From positions 2,923,234 to 2,987,233 of the forward strand of contig NC_068987.1 of assembly GCF_001194135.2 (NCBI RefSeq): a DNA stretch of 64,000 nucleotides, in the 5' to 3' direction. This DNA is from Octopus bimaculoides (taxonomy: Eukaryota). The notes under the pieces were generated by a model. The model worked only from the letters and a program-made list of their open reading frames with translations. It did not search any database and was not told the origin of the DNA. The stretch's first letter is position 1. Each line of letters begins with the position of its first letter. Shown here in pieces: positions 27,250 through 41,577 of the stretch. A program made the position numbers and the translations under genes.

Positions 27250-30200
27250 GTGTGTTTGTCTTTGTGTCTCTCCAACACTACCACCTCTGCTTGACAACTG
27301 GTACTGGTGGGTTAACATGTCCATAACTTAGCAGTTTGGCAAAAGAGACTGATAAAATAAGTACCAGTTTTCAACAAAAAATAACAAGTACTCAGGTTGA
27401 TTCAATCAGGTGTTTCTTTCAATTAATTCTAAATATAACAAAGAATTTAGTAAAATAACTTAGTTAATAATTAAGCTAGTGTTAGGAACATAAATTGTGA
27501 CGAAGATTTGGTGGGAGATTTTAATTCAGAACTTATGAAAACAAGACATTTGTACTCAGAGCCAGAGGCAGTTTCAGCAGGGTTGGTCACGAAAGGGTTA
27601 ATAACTGAAACAGGTAAAAAGAAGGGGCAAAGAAGGTAATTTAAAGATTTATATACATCAAGGTGCTATGACAACCATGTGGTTGCCATGACAACCATGT
27701 GGTTGCTATGCAAGCTTCTTAGGCACACAGCCATGATTGCACAAGTAGAATTTGATAAAATTTACTTTATTTTGAAGGGGGTCAAAGTTTTTGTGCGATT
27801 TTAAGGTTTTTGTTTCAGAGATTTTTTTTCTGTAGTTTGCACTTTTTAGAAAACCCTTTTTTATGTTAAAATGGCACAGTGTCGGGTTACAAAGGTGTTC
27901 CAGTTTATCTGCCCATGAAATTAATGTGCAAGTGGCCGAGTGCTCCAAAGACATGCATGCCCTTAATGTAGTCCATGGAGAGATTCAGAGCGACACAGAA
28001 TGTGACGAGGATGGCCTCTTTGAATTACTGGTATAATTCGTTACTGCTAGCTGAGAGCAGCATGAAATAAAGTATCTTGCTGAAGGCGAAAACATGCTAC
28101 CCGGAATTGAACTCACGACCATACAATTGTGAGCCGAATATTCTAACCACCTACCCCTACGCCTTCACCCTTTTTCATGTATGTCATTGATGAAAGAAAT
28201 TCTCTTATTGTCCCAGGGTAGGTACATGCAGGGTATGCTACCCACATTTAGAAATAGCAATAATATGAATAATCCGGGTTGAAAAATCTTGCCACAGTCT
28301 TCTGAAATGAAATGTTTTCACAATAAATCAATGGCTGCACTAGATTTTAACCTAATTCCCAAGCCTCTTGATGAATGCAGAGTGAAGTACTGCAGCACAA
28401 TGTCTCCCTTCATTCTGACAGCAACCACTCACTTGACTGTATTGTTGCACCCTCACGCTTACACACACGCACACACGTTGGCATAAACACACACGCTCGC
28501 ATACACACACACACACACACTCACATACATGTACACACACACTCACACACACACACATATGCTCACATATATACACACACACACTCACACACACGCACAC
28601 GTTCACACACATGCTCACATATACGCACACACTTACACTCACACAAGCACACAAACAAACACACACACACGCACACGTACTCACACACTCACACACCCAG
28701 GCACATATTCACATACATCCCCTCGACACATGCACGCATACGCTCACATACACACATGCAGATACACACACTCACACACATATTCACATCTTCGTTCTCA
28801 TGCACACACATCCACACACACACACATACTCACACACATACTTACACACACACACATTCAATCGCACACACGCACTCAGACATATATTCACTCACACGTG
28901 CACACATTCACCCACACAAACACACACACGCATACTTATGCACACACCCACACACCCCACACACATACACACGTGTACACTTGCCCTTATCTTCTTCNNN
29001 NNNNNNNNNNNNNNNNNNNNNNNNNNNNNNNNNNNNNNNNNNNNNNNNNNNNNNNNNNNNNNNNNNNNNNNNNNNNNNNNNNNNNNNNNNNNNNNNNNNN
29101 NNNNNNNNNNNNNNNNNNNNNNNNNNNNNNNNNNNNNNNNNNNNNNNNNNNNNNNNNNNNNNNNNNNNNNNNNNNNNNNNNNNNNNNNNNNNNNNNNNNN
29201 NNNNNNNNNNNNNNNNNNNNNNNNNNNNNNNNNNNNNNNNNNNNNNNNNNNNNNNNNNNNNNNNNNNNNNNNNNNNNNNNNNNNNNNNNNNNNNNNNNNN
29301 NNNNNNNNNNNNNNNNNNNNNNNNNNNNNNNNNNNNNNNNNNNNNNNNNNNNNNNNNNNNNNNNNNNNNNNNNNNNNNNNNNNNNNNNNNNNNNNNNNNN
29401 NNNNNNNNNNNNNNNNNNNNNNNNNNNNNNNNNNNNNNNNNNNNNNNNNNNNNNNNNNNNNNNNNNNNNNNNNNNNNNNNNNNNNNNNNNNNNNNNNNNN
29501 NNNNNNNNNNNNNNNNNNNNNNNNNNNNNNNNNNNNNNNNNNNNNNNNNNNNNNNNNNNNNNNNNNNNNNNNNNNNNNNNNNNNNNNNNNNNNNNNNNNN
29601 NNNNNNNNNNNNNNNNNNNNNNNNNNNNNNNNNNNNNNNNNNNNNNNNNNNNNNNNNNNNNNNNNNNNNNNNNNNNNNNNNNNNNNNNNNNNNNNNNNNN
29701 NNNNNNNNNNNNNNNNNNNNNNNNNNNNNNNNNNNNNNNNNNNNNNNNNNNNNNNNNNTGGATGCCCTTCCTAACGCCAACCACTCAGAGAGTGTAGTGG
29801 GTGCTTTTACGTGTCACCCGCACGAAAACGGCCACGCTCGAAATGGTGTCTTTTATGTGCCACCCGCACAAGCCAGTCTAGGGGCACTGGCAACGATCTC
29901 ACTCGAAAATCCTACGGGAGCCAGTCAGGCGGTACTGGCAACGGCCACGCTCAAAATGGTGCATCTCATGTGCCACCCGCACAAGAGCCAGTCCAGGGGC
30001 ACTGGCAACGATCTTACTTGGCTTGCCGAGTCTTCTCACGCACAGCACATTTCCAAAGGTCTAGGAGTGGCTTGTTGTAAGAAGTTTGCTTCTCAAACAA
30101 TTTTAATGAATCTACTTTGTTGTTGCTGCTGCTGCTGTTGTTGTTGTCGTTGTTGTTTTTGCTTAGCCTCAGGTCAGACTTGATCTTGCAGCTTCTCACT

Positions 30201-33200
30201 CACAGGGCTTCGACCATTTAAGAGAGAGTATGTCTTGCCCAGAGGTTTCCAACCCTTTTCTAATATCCAGGTCAGATCCAAAACCTGAATTTTTTTTTGA
30301 GGGGTGGGGTAGGGCTCCAAACTCCAGAAAAGGTAAAACACAATCAATTAAAGACAAATTGATTATATTTACAGAGGGATGACTGTTGGGGGCCAATGGA
30401 AGGATGCTTGAGGGCCACATGAGGCCACTGGAGCCACACCTGAGAACTGCTGATCTTTAAAACATAGCGAGCTGGATCTAGAATGGGCAGGTGTGTAGCT
30501 TAGTGGTTAGGGTGTTGCACTTCCAATTGCAAGACCATGGTTTCAGTTCCCAGACTGGGCAGTGTGTTGTGTTCTTAAGCCAGACATCTCCTGTTGTTTC
30601 AGTCCACTCGGCTGTAAATGAGGAACCCTGTCTCAGATTGGCATCCCATTCAGGGCCAACGTTGGGATTCGAGTCTCTTTTATGCCATGGAAATCTGGGT
30701 GACCATCGTTATGAAAGAATAATGTCCAGAGGCTGGACACGATGATGATATGTCCAGAACCACATTATTTAAGGTGTCCTTCATTTTTCAGTCAAGAAGG
30801 TGTGATTTAAAATAAGATTTGGTTGCTATGTCTAGCAGGTTGAGCAACCAGCCACAGGGGTTCTCTCATCTCTTGCAATTATAAGTAATTAGTGGTAATT
30901 ATTTTTAGTTCAGAGACNNNNNNNNNNNNNNNNNNNNNNNNNNNNNNNNNNNNNNNNNNNNNNNNNNNNNNNNNNNNNNNNNNNNNNNNNNNNNNNNNNN
31001 NNNNNNNNNNNNNNNNNNNNNNNNNNNNNNNNNNNNNNNNNNNNNNNNNNNNNNNNNNNNNNNNNNNNNNNNNNNNNNNNNNNNNNNNNNNNNNNNNNNN
31101 NNNNNNNNNNNNNNNNNNNNNNCTGCACCCTCCCACACACACCTCTGAATTGATGTCAGTGTATGTTTACGTAATTTACAGATGGTGATGGGAGTCTAAG
31201 GATAGATTCAGAGCTGGTGTCAACAGGTTCAATTCCTACCTAAGTGTTTAGTCAGCCATCTGAATAAATGTGTGGTGATTCTTCGGGAATGGTACGTTGG
31301 ACAAGACACAAGAAGGGTCAGAAGCAATAGAGGCAGGCTCTGGGGTTAGCGGATTCAGCTTACGATCGTAAGGTCGTGAGTTCAACGCCCGGTGACGTGT
31401 TGTCTCCAGTCCACTCAGCTGGCAAAAATGAGTGGTACCTGTATTTCAAAGGGGCCGGCCTTGTCACACTCTGTGTCACGCTGAATCTCCCTGAGAACTA
31501 CGTTAAGGGTGCACGTGTCTGTGGAGTACTCAGCCACTTGCATGTTAATCTCACGAGCAAGCTGTTCCATCAATCAGATCAACTAGAACACTTGTCATCG
31601 TAACTGACAGAGTACCAGTAACTGACAGAGTACTAGTAACTGACAGAGTACCATCAAATGTAAATAATGTACACAATTCCTCCTCTCTTAAATATAGAAC
31701 TGTATGACAGAGACTGTTTCTGGTGGGTGATGAGGTGACAGAAATGATGGTGGGGCTTGGGACTTTGTTAAATATACTACTTTAGGAAATCTGTAATACA
31801 ACAGTGAACTGTTAATTCTGTGGTACAGTAGTGAACTGTTAATTGTATGCCACTACAGTGAGCTGTTAACTATGTAGTACAACAGTGAACTATTCATTGT
31901 GAGATAGAGAAAGTGTTAATTGCGAGGTAAACTGAGTTAACAAGTCAGTTTACCTCGTCAATGAACTGTTAGTTGTGTTTCTTAATAGATTCCTTCTTTT
32001 ACTTTCAGTCCAAGAAGCATTATGTTTGTGTCCCAACCGATACTTCTGTGGAAGATCTGGCAGATTTTATGGGCCTTTTCTGGCGGATGCGCAGTCCTAA
32101 AATTGTGCTCTCAGTTGTCTCAGGAATCAAGCATTTTAAAGGCTGGAAAAACCCCAAACTCAAAGAACAATTTCAAAAGGGAATTATCAAAGTAAGTAAA
32201 TTTATGTTGTAGAACTTTTTTCTGAGTAAGCGAGTTGTCGAGGGACAGGTCCCACGATTTTTGCAGTCATCTCACCCTGGTGAGTTTGATATGACTGGTG
32301 TCCAGCCTGAAAATCTGTTGGTCACTGAAAAAGAAAAAAAACATGGATAGAGAGGGAACCAAGGTTTGATGTGAAAGATATAGAGTGAACTGTACTAAAG
32401 ATGTATAAGACCAGGTCAGGGTGTTAAACAGGGTGGTGTGTTATATCTACCACTTATGTATGCAGAAGATGGCTTCTGTGAATATCACTATTTCATTAGG
32501 GTTATAGTAAGTCCATTTGCATTTGGTTGACCTTCATATTTCTCACTGCTAAAACATCAGACAGACATGGAACTTGTTGTCAGCTGATCAGACTGTGATC
32601 TGTCTGGAAACTATGCAATTATTTAAGCCAAGAATCCATTTTTATCCAGTTGTTAGTAGAACTGAGAGAATCAAACTGTTGTATTTCTGTAGTTACATTT
32701 GTATTGGCACAGAAGAGATGGAAAGCAAAAATCAACTCAGATGGGATTTGAACTCATATTCTGATGCAGCTAAGCAAAAAAATCCTGTTGGCTCAACATA
32801 CAAATTGTTCTGCCAAATCTTTGTTGTTGGTTTAGACAACATTACCAAAAATAAGTAAAGATTATTCTCCAAAGTGGTTCAGTGATAAAAGTGGTGGAAT
32901 GGGAGATGGTGTGCATTGACATTTTGTTCTGATCTTTTGTAGTTCAGGGTAAATTTGTGGGTGTGAAGGAGGGGGGAATGGATGAAGGGATAAACATTTT
33001 GAGAGTTAAGGGAATACAATTTGGGGTTAGATAATGTTGGGAGGTGTGTAAGAATTGGTGATAATGGGGTTCTGGGAGAGATAATGGGTTTAAGCGGAGT
33101 TAGTGAACAGGGATGAGAACCAATGGGAATGAGATCATTTTAGTGAGGGTAAATGGTTTATGAGTGGCTTATCAAAGGGATGACAGTTTTTTGAAGAACT

Positions 33201-35608
33201 TACAGAACGTCAGTGTGTGTGTGTGTGTGTGCATGCATGTGTGTGTATGTGTTTAGTGGGGAAACTGCTCCAAATATGCAAATATATTCCATGGTAGGGA
33301 AAACTTGTATCATATAAAGGGTCTGAAAGGGATTATGGGTAAAATGATTTCAGGCCCTGAAAAAGAAATGATATATAAATGGTGGTCATGATAGGTTGTC
33401 TTACATTGTATGGTCCATTGTATACTGTGTGGTAGAGAGTATGGTAGTACACTGTTTGGAGTATGGTACATTTAATGGGATATCATACATTGTATGAAGT
33501 GGTGCACATTGTGTGATGTGTCGTATACTGTAATGAGTGTCTTATATTGCATGGAGTGTGGTATATTGTTTGAGGTATCATATGCTGTATGGACTATCAC
33601 ACATTGGAGTATCAATCATTGTATGGAGTATGGTATATTGTATGGCACATAGTATGGAGTGTTGTATAGCTTACATTGAGGTGTTTGATATTTTTGAATA
33701 GTAAAAGTATAGAATGGTGGTTCTGTTTTACAAGAATAATCTGTGTTTTGGTTGAATGAGACAAAGATATGAAGCCATGGAATTCATGAACATCTGCTGA
33801 GAAGTTTTATTGTTATAGGTTGAGGAGGGGGGTGTATAGAAGAGGAAAGGGGAATTTCAGTGCGCTGCCTCTTCTAATACAAACAAACTGAGTGATGAGG
33901 AAATGTATGTTATCTCTGCAGCTAAATTAAGGTAAATCTCTCTGAATGATTATAAGATTATAACAGAATGTGTATTTATGGTAGATTTACAATATTTATA
34001 CCTGCACATTGTTTCAGGTGTTTTCATGTATGATCAGCATCAAGTGTCTTGCTCATCGAGGAATGTTGACAGCCAAAGCAGATGTTTCATGAAACACATA
34101 TGAGCATCAACAAAAGCGGTGGGAGCTGGCAGAAACATTAGCACGCCATGCGAAATGCTTAGCGGTATTTCATCTGTCTTTATGTTCTGAGTTCAAATTC
34201 CACCGAGATCAACTTTGCCTTTCATCCTTTAGGAGTCGATAAATTACATGCTAACAGCGCAGTGCTCCAACATGGCTGCAGCTCTGAGCTGAAACTACAA
34301 AAAGAAAACAAAAAATTCAAAGGCAGAACATTAAAATTGAGAAATAGTTGTACAATATCCAGTATTATGGTTCTATATTTAAGAGATGCGGAATTATTTA
34401 TATTATTTACATTATTTACATTTGAGGGATATTTGTCCTCATCTTGTTTGTTGTTAACACAATGTTTCAGCTGATATACCCTCCAGCCTTCATCAGGTTC
34501 GAAATTTCTGCAAGACACCTGATGAAGGTTGGAGGGTATATCAGCTGAAACGTGTTAACAACAAACAAGATGAGGACAAATATCCCTCAAATGTAAATAA
34601 TGTAAATAATATCCAGCATTGTTGTAGATGCTGTGTTGCTTAGTGAACTGGTTTATTTATGATCCATGTTCTGCATGAAGAAGATGAGAATCAAATGAGA
34701 ACACCCATCACCTGAAAAGAACAAAAGAATATCTATAGCGCTTTGACTAAATTCCAGAATACACCCCGTAAAAGTTATTTGAATAATTTGGATATTAAAA
34801 ATCTTTGATCAATATTTATGAAACAATGTATAGCATATCAAAAGTAAGATTTAATTAACCGTAACCAAGAATAAATCACTCTATCTTATTTATCTTGTTG
34901 TAAAATGGATGAACATCAAAACTTTTCCTTGAAAATAGATTCTTTATGATAATTCTGATGAAAGCAATATTTTTAAAATCTTCAAAGAAAATCTTTGAGA
35001 AACCAATTCTGTTGTTGTTGTTCTCATGTTTCCTTTTTTTTTTTTCTTTCTCTACCCCCCCACACCACACCACCACCAATTCCAGGCTGCAAACACTACA
35101 GAACTTTGGATAATAACAAATGGCGTTGATGGTGGTATTGCCAAGACAATTGGTGATGCCATTCATGAAGAGAAAATCCACAGAATTAGTAACCGTGTCC
35201 AACAGGCATATGCATCAATTCATGCAGAACAATGCCATCGTTTACCCAAACTAACTGTGATTGGAATAATGCCAAAACATTGTATTTCCTATGAGAGTTC
35301 CTTTGATGGTTTGGTAAGAAGTCTTTTGAAATTCCCTTTTTGCTTAATTTCTTTTCTCATTTATCTTTTACTTGTTTCAGTCATTAGACTGTGGCCATGC
35401 TTGGGCACCACCTTGGAGGAATTTTAGTCAAACTAACCAACCCCAGCATTTGGAGTGGTTGGAGTTTGGAAGGGCATCCAGTTGTAGAAACACTGCCAGA
35501 TCAGATTGGAGCCTGGTGCAGCTGCTGGCTCTCCAGACCTCAGTCAAACCGTCCAACCCATGCCAGCATGGAAAACAGACGTTAAACGATGATGATGATG
35601 ATGACATA

Positions 35609-35647
<39 letters not shown>

Positions 35648-38600
35648 TATAAAATACATGCTCGAGATGCCACACAGTGAGACTGAACCTGGAATCATGT
35701 GGTTGGGAAGCAAACTTCTTACCACACAGCCATGCGTGCACCTAAGTTTGTTAATTTTTAATTAGTGAGAGGTCAATAGTGATGACCTCTGTAGATCTTC
35801 CTTGAACTTGTAGAGGTTCAATACCTGCAGCAGAAACAGACGGAAGGCTGATGTTAAGTTTTCTGTTTATTACAGTGATAGAGATTGTAGTTCTGTTCTT
35901 AAAGATAGTTGTTTAAACCGGCCATGCTGTAGCACAATCTAGATGAGTGTGAGTTGGCAAAACTGGGAGGGAGGGCCATGGTAGGGCAGTATTTGGATTA
36001 GACCTCTTTGGCTTCTTGGTTCAATTCTTACCATTGTTAATGTTTGCATCCTTCGGAAGTCTAATCAATCATGCCATGACCAAAACTTGGCTTAGTGGTT
36101 AGGGTGTTGGACTCATGATTGCAAGATTGTGATTTCAATTCCCAGACCGGGCAATGTGTTGTGTCCTTGAGCAAGACACTTTATTTCACATTGCTCCAGT
36201 CCACTCAGCTGGCAAAAATCCTGCAACTGACCAGTGTCTCATCCAGGGAGGAATATATATAAGCCAGAGAAACCAAGAAACCAGCCCTAGGCTCCTTCCA
36301 GAGTAATGTGGACTAACCATAACCAAAGCTAAAGAAATTCCAATCTCTGCCCCTCAGAAAACCACACTGAGGGTGGAAACCAAAATATCAATTGACCGTT
36401 TGCTTCTCCATTAGCATTTCTCACTTTTCAAAGAAATTCTCTCCTCTCCAAAACATTTCTTTTTCCTTCCAGTATGATGGCCCAATTGTGATAAAGAATG
36501 AAGGTCACAAACCAAATTCCGACTGTTATGACCTGAATCCAGACCATACTCATCTAATTCTTGTGGAAGACGAAGTTGGAGAAAGGTCAATATTCACTCA
36601 TTTTCGTTGTTTGTTAGAATACAGATTAGGGTCAGAACTAGGACGACCTCATCGCTTCAAGAGATTCTTCAGTAATGGTAAGTACCTAACATATGTTTCT
36701 GTGGCATTTTATTACTTCCTAGTGTTTCCTTCAAGGCCAACTTTGTCTTTCGGTGGGGGGGGGGGGNNNNNNNNNNNNNNNAAAACTTGTCCTGGGGCTG
36801 CTTCTGGTGTTCTTGCTGATTATCGTTGGGATAAATTTTTTTCTCCCTCCGACATTCTGCTTTTAACACACGTCCATGAAAGATATTACCTCAGGACAAA
36901 TAATGCAATAACTGGCCTACTGACCGTGTGTATACATTTAGTATGATACATAGATGGCTATTTTAAAGAAATAATTTTCCAATTGCATACACCAGATTTT
37001 TATTCTGTGTTAATGTTTCTACTTTCAGAATCGTTTGAAATGGAAATGCAAACAGAAACACCTGCGGCTTCAGTTCCCGTCGTTGGTTTATTAGTTCAAG
37101 GAGGACCAAAAAGTATCGATCATATTCTCTTCTTCTTGAAAAACAAGATGCCTGTGTTAGTGCTGAAAGGAATCGGTGGAGCGGCAGATCTTGTGGCTTA
37201 TACCTACGAAGAATTGCAGGAAAGGTAACATTTTTATTAAAACACTACAAACATTATGATGGACTGTTATACATATATATGTATGTGCACACACACACAC
37301 CACACATACACCACACACACACACACATGCATGCACATCCACATACACACATGCATGCACATACACACACACCACACACACATGCATGCATGCATGCACA
37401 CACATACATACACACCACACACAGACACATGCACACTCCTGTAGGTTGGAGGTGAGGTGGGGTATAGTGGCGGTGGGGGTAGAGGTGGTTAGGATGAGAA
37501 ATGGTGAGGCAATTTTAAATTTCGTGGCCAATGCAGTGTTGCATAACTGGCATGTAAAAAGCACCCTTTGAACTTTGGGCCTCACACTGGCAGGTGACAA
37601 GTGACTGAGACCTTTGGCAATATATCGTGTTTGAGATGACCTGTCAAGGCAAGTGATATCATAGTCATGGCCAACGCTGGTGTTACGTAAATGGCACCCA
37701 TGCAGGTGGCATGTAAAAAGCACCCGCTACACTCTCGGAGTGGTTGGCCTTAGGAAGGGCATCCAGCTGTAGAAACTCTGCCAGATCAGATTGGAACCTG
37801 GTGCAGCTCCCTTGTTTACCAGTTTTCAGTCAAACCGTCCAACCCATGCCAGCATGGAAAACGGATGTTAAATGATGATGATGATGATGATGGTGTGTGT
37901 GTATCAAAGTTGGGTGTGGCAAATTTTATATTAATTCTTCAGATTGTGGTGGATCGACACACAGAGAGGGAGAGTTCATTGTCACCATTTGACATGTGTT
38001 GCCCATGCTCTTGTGTGGATTAGATGCTTCAAGAGGAACCGGCAAGCTACAGTACTGTGCTATGCTCTAGTGCTGACTTTGGTACTGTTTCTATAGGTGG
38101 ATGCCCTTCCTAATGCCAACCACTTGATAGAGTGTGCACTGAGTGCATTTTATGTGGCACCAGCACCAGTGAGGACACCAAGTAAGTTGCAAGATAAGAG
38201 CCCTTAACTGAGAGCAGTGTTGTAGTAGTAGTAGTAGTAGTAGTCAAGGAAGTGGCTCTTTGCCAGGGGATAAGAGGTTAAGGCATGATAACGAGACAAG
38301 AACACGTGTCTTACTGTAAGGACAATACTTGGTTCCTCCAGATGGAAAGAAACAAAGATAATGGTGAAGACGTACCAGGCAGGACCCTCAGTCTTTTTAT
38401 TCAAAGTGGTAGTGGTGGTGGCAGTGAGGATGTCAGCGGTGGTGGTGGTGGAGTCACATTACACAGACAGCCATATCTTTGTGTTGTATAATGTAAAAGT
38501 TTATATCATGGAAGTATTTAAAGTCAATTTGTTTGCGTTCCATTCACAGAAGTGACCAGGACTTTACCGATAATTCCTTGAAACCAGAACTGATTAAAAG

Positions 38601-38844
38601 AATTTCAAAAACATTCCCCGATGACTTCAAAGAGAACGATATTGCCAGAAATGCATTTCGTGACAAGATTTTAGAATGTGTCAAATATTCTCAAGAGGTT
38701 GGTAAGTTAGGCATAAATTGTTGCAAAGATAACCAAATTCACTTTAGCATTACTTGTCACTAATTACTGTCTCTAATGAGTTTACTAATTAGTTGTATAA
38801 TGATAACAATAGCAATAATATTAATAATAATAAATATTATTGTA

Positions 38845-38876
<32 letters not shown>

Positions 38877-39953
38877 TGTTGTTGCAAGCAACAAGTATGG
38901 ACTTGACAGAGCAAAAAATTGGTATGACCACAAACCCGAAGGCATCATCGAAAATGATAATGCAAAGATCCTATGGGATTTTATGATTCAGTGCGACCAT
39001 GAGACAGAAAATATGAAGCCAGACATAGTCTTAATTGAGAAAGAAAGCAAACTATGCTGGATCATAGATATAGCATGTCCAGCTGACAACAAGGTATGCG
39101 ATAAGGAAGAAAGAAAGTCGAGAGATATGACAAGTTAGCTTGGGAGGTTAAGCAGTTGTGGTCGATGAAAAAGGTGGTAGTAGTACCAATAACTGTCGGA
39201 GCCCTGGGAACAGTGAGCAAATATCTCGAGAAGTACGTGGAACAAATAGGGGCTGCAATAAGGGTGGAGCACTTGCTGAAAACAGCACTGCTTGGAACTG
39301 CTCGAATACTCCAGAAGGTGCTTGAAAAATAAGAGGTGTTACCTTAGTTCACTGGTAGTGAACAGCTGACACTGTAGTACATCTCCAGTGTTAGAAGCTG
39401 TGCAAAGGCAATAAATAATAATGATAATAATAGTGTGTGGAAGACGAAGACCACAATTATTCAGGTGGTAACTGGTGTAGTTGGCACCTAAGAGACTAAA
39501 AGAAATTGGAATTAAGACTTGCATTGTCGACTGGCAGAAAAGTACCATTCTATGTTCTGTAAGAATCCTAAGGAAGATTCTTGTGATTTGAGGAGACTTG
39601 TTGTCACCAAACCTCAAAATGAAATACCTGTAAACTAAATTTGCATGCAATAGCTTAATAATAATGGTGATGATGATGATAATAGTAACTGTTTCTACTA
39701 TAGGCACAAGGCCTGAAATTTGAGGGGAGGGGTTTAGTCAATTACATCACCCCAGTGTTGAACTGGCACCTATTTTAACAGCCCCGAAAGGATGAATGGC
39801 AAGACGGCTTCAGAGGAATTTGATTTCAGAATGTAAAGCTGGGCGAAATGCCAATAAGCATTTTGCCTGGTGTGCTAATGATTCTGCCAGCTCACTGCCT
39901 TAATAATAATAATAATACTAATAACAATAGTAATAATAATAATAATAATAATG

Positions 39954-40010
<57 letters not shown>

Positions 40011-41534
40011 TTTTTGATGTTCATTCATTTATACTTTTATTTTTTTTCATGCTAGCATAGGTTAGAGGAATATATTATTACTTCAGTAGATTTCTAGCTT
40101 GGTTGAGTTAGGGTATTCTATAATCCTGTTCATTTGACTATTTCTCAAATTGTGTTCAAGTACAACCAAAAGTACCACTAAGCATTTTTTTTGAGACGTT
40201 CAATATTAAAGAACAAAAACATTTTAAGGCTACTCTCTTATACGTTTGATGTACTAGCTTCATTTAAAATTTGCTAGTAACCTATTTTTTGCATGTTGTT
40301 TATGTTCTGAATCTATTTTTGTGTCATTCTAACTTCTTCACGTGTGTGACACCTGATATACATAATTTTCTCTATTAACTAATTGTTTAATTTTCAAAGA
40401 AAACTGAATCACAATTCATTTCTATTCTTTTCATTTTCTTTGTTATTTTCTTCAGACAAGATTTCATTATCATTAAGAAGAAAGTTTTTCTTCTCTCAAG
40501 TTTTTGTTGTTTTACGTTAAGTTTTCTTTGTCAGTAATTTGTTTTCTTTCACATTTTCACAGAGTATTTGGGAATTTTCATCTGAAATTATTATTTCTTA
40601 CCCATTACACAATAGTTATAGAGTGGGATAAAGGTCCATAGCTTAGTGGTTAGGATATTCAGGTCAGAATTGTAAGGTTGTGATTTCAATTCCTGGTGGC
40701 ACATTAGATCCTTGGGTTAAACACTTTATTTCTCAGCTGGAAAAAATGAGTTGTACCTGTAATTCAAAGGGGTCACTCTTGTCACATTCTGTGTCATACT
40801 GAATCTCTGTGAAAACTATGCTAAGAGTATATGTGTCTGTGGAGTACTCAACCACTTGCATGTTAATTACGTGAGCAAGCTCTTATGTTGATCAGATCAA
40901 CTAGAACACTCAGAGTCGTAGTGCCAGTTTCTCCTACACTGCAACACAAAGTCACTCTCTACATCATGGCCCATGTCTCTAAATGTGATTCTTGTGTTTC
41001 TTTGACCCAAGGGGACTAACACACAAATAGACAGTCAGATCTTAGTCTGACAATTTCATCCTGGGTTTCTGTTCGGTTTTGAAATTTAAAAGAAAAGAAA
41101 ACACTGCTGTAGTTTTCGCTTCTTTCACTTCGGATGGTTTCTTTTAAATGTCCTGGCGATCTTGTTGCCCTGCTTTACATGAGGAGAAATTTCAGGGAGA
41201 ATATCAGAGTGAGATAAGGGAAAATGGGCATAATATTGTCAAAAAGAGAGAGAACAATGGGGTAACATTTGCATAACACTGGGGTAAAATTAGGGCAACA
41301 TAGTAGAGTACGATGTGCAATATTGTTCTATTGCTGTTCCATATTTTAACCAATGACCTTTGTTCTATATGTTTGCCCTCTCCATTAAACTTTAACCTTT
41401 AATCTCTCTGTCCCTAGGGCGAACAAACATTCCTTACCTTTGTCAACACAAAAGGATGGGATTCCAACCTGAAAGACCTTGATAAATATATTCTGAAGGC
41501 TTTATTCCGATGTAAGTACACAGCTTCTTATGAG

Positions 41535-41577
<43 letters not shown>

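Noticed and set aside
27665-27710. Short tandem duplications (20-bp unit here; GAGTGTCACTCA units at 52040-52125; degenerate array at 33400-33680)
   Set aside because: Ordinary local slippage products with no further structure or link to the gene.
28375-30183. Very long ORFs (e.g. 602 aa here; also 42275-43800, 49454-50602, 52761-53570, 16715-17334, 45779-46383)
   Set aside because: They stay open only because they cross N gaps and microsatellites; there is no domain content.
40440-40510. Strong acceptor-like ttcttcag as an extra exon that would use the 38702 donor
   Set aside because: There is no credible phase-0 donor, and the protein reads continuously across 38697-41418 without it.
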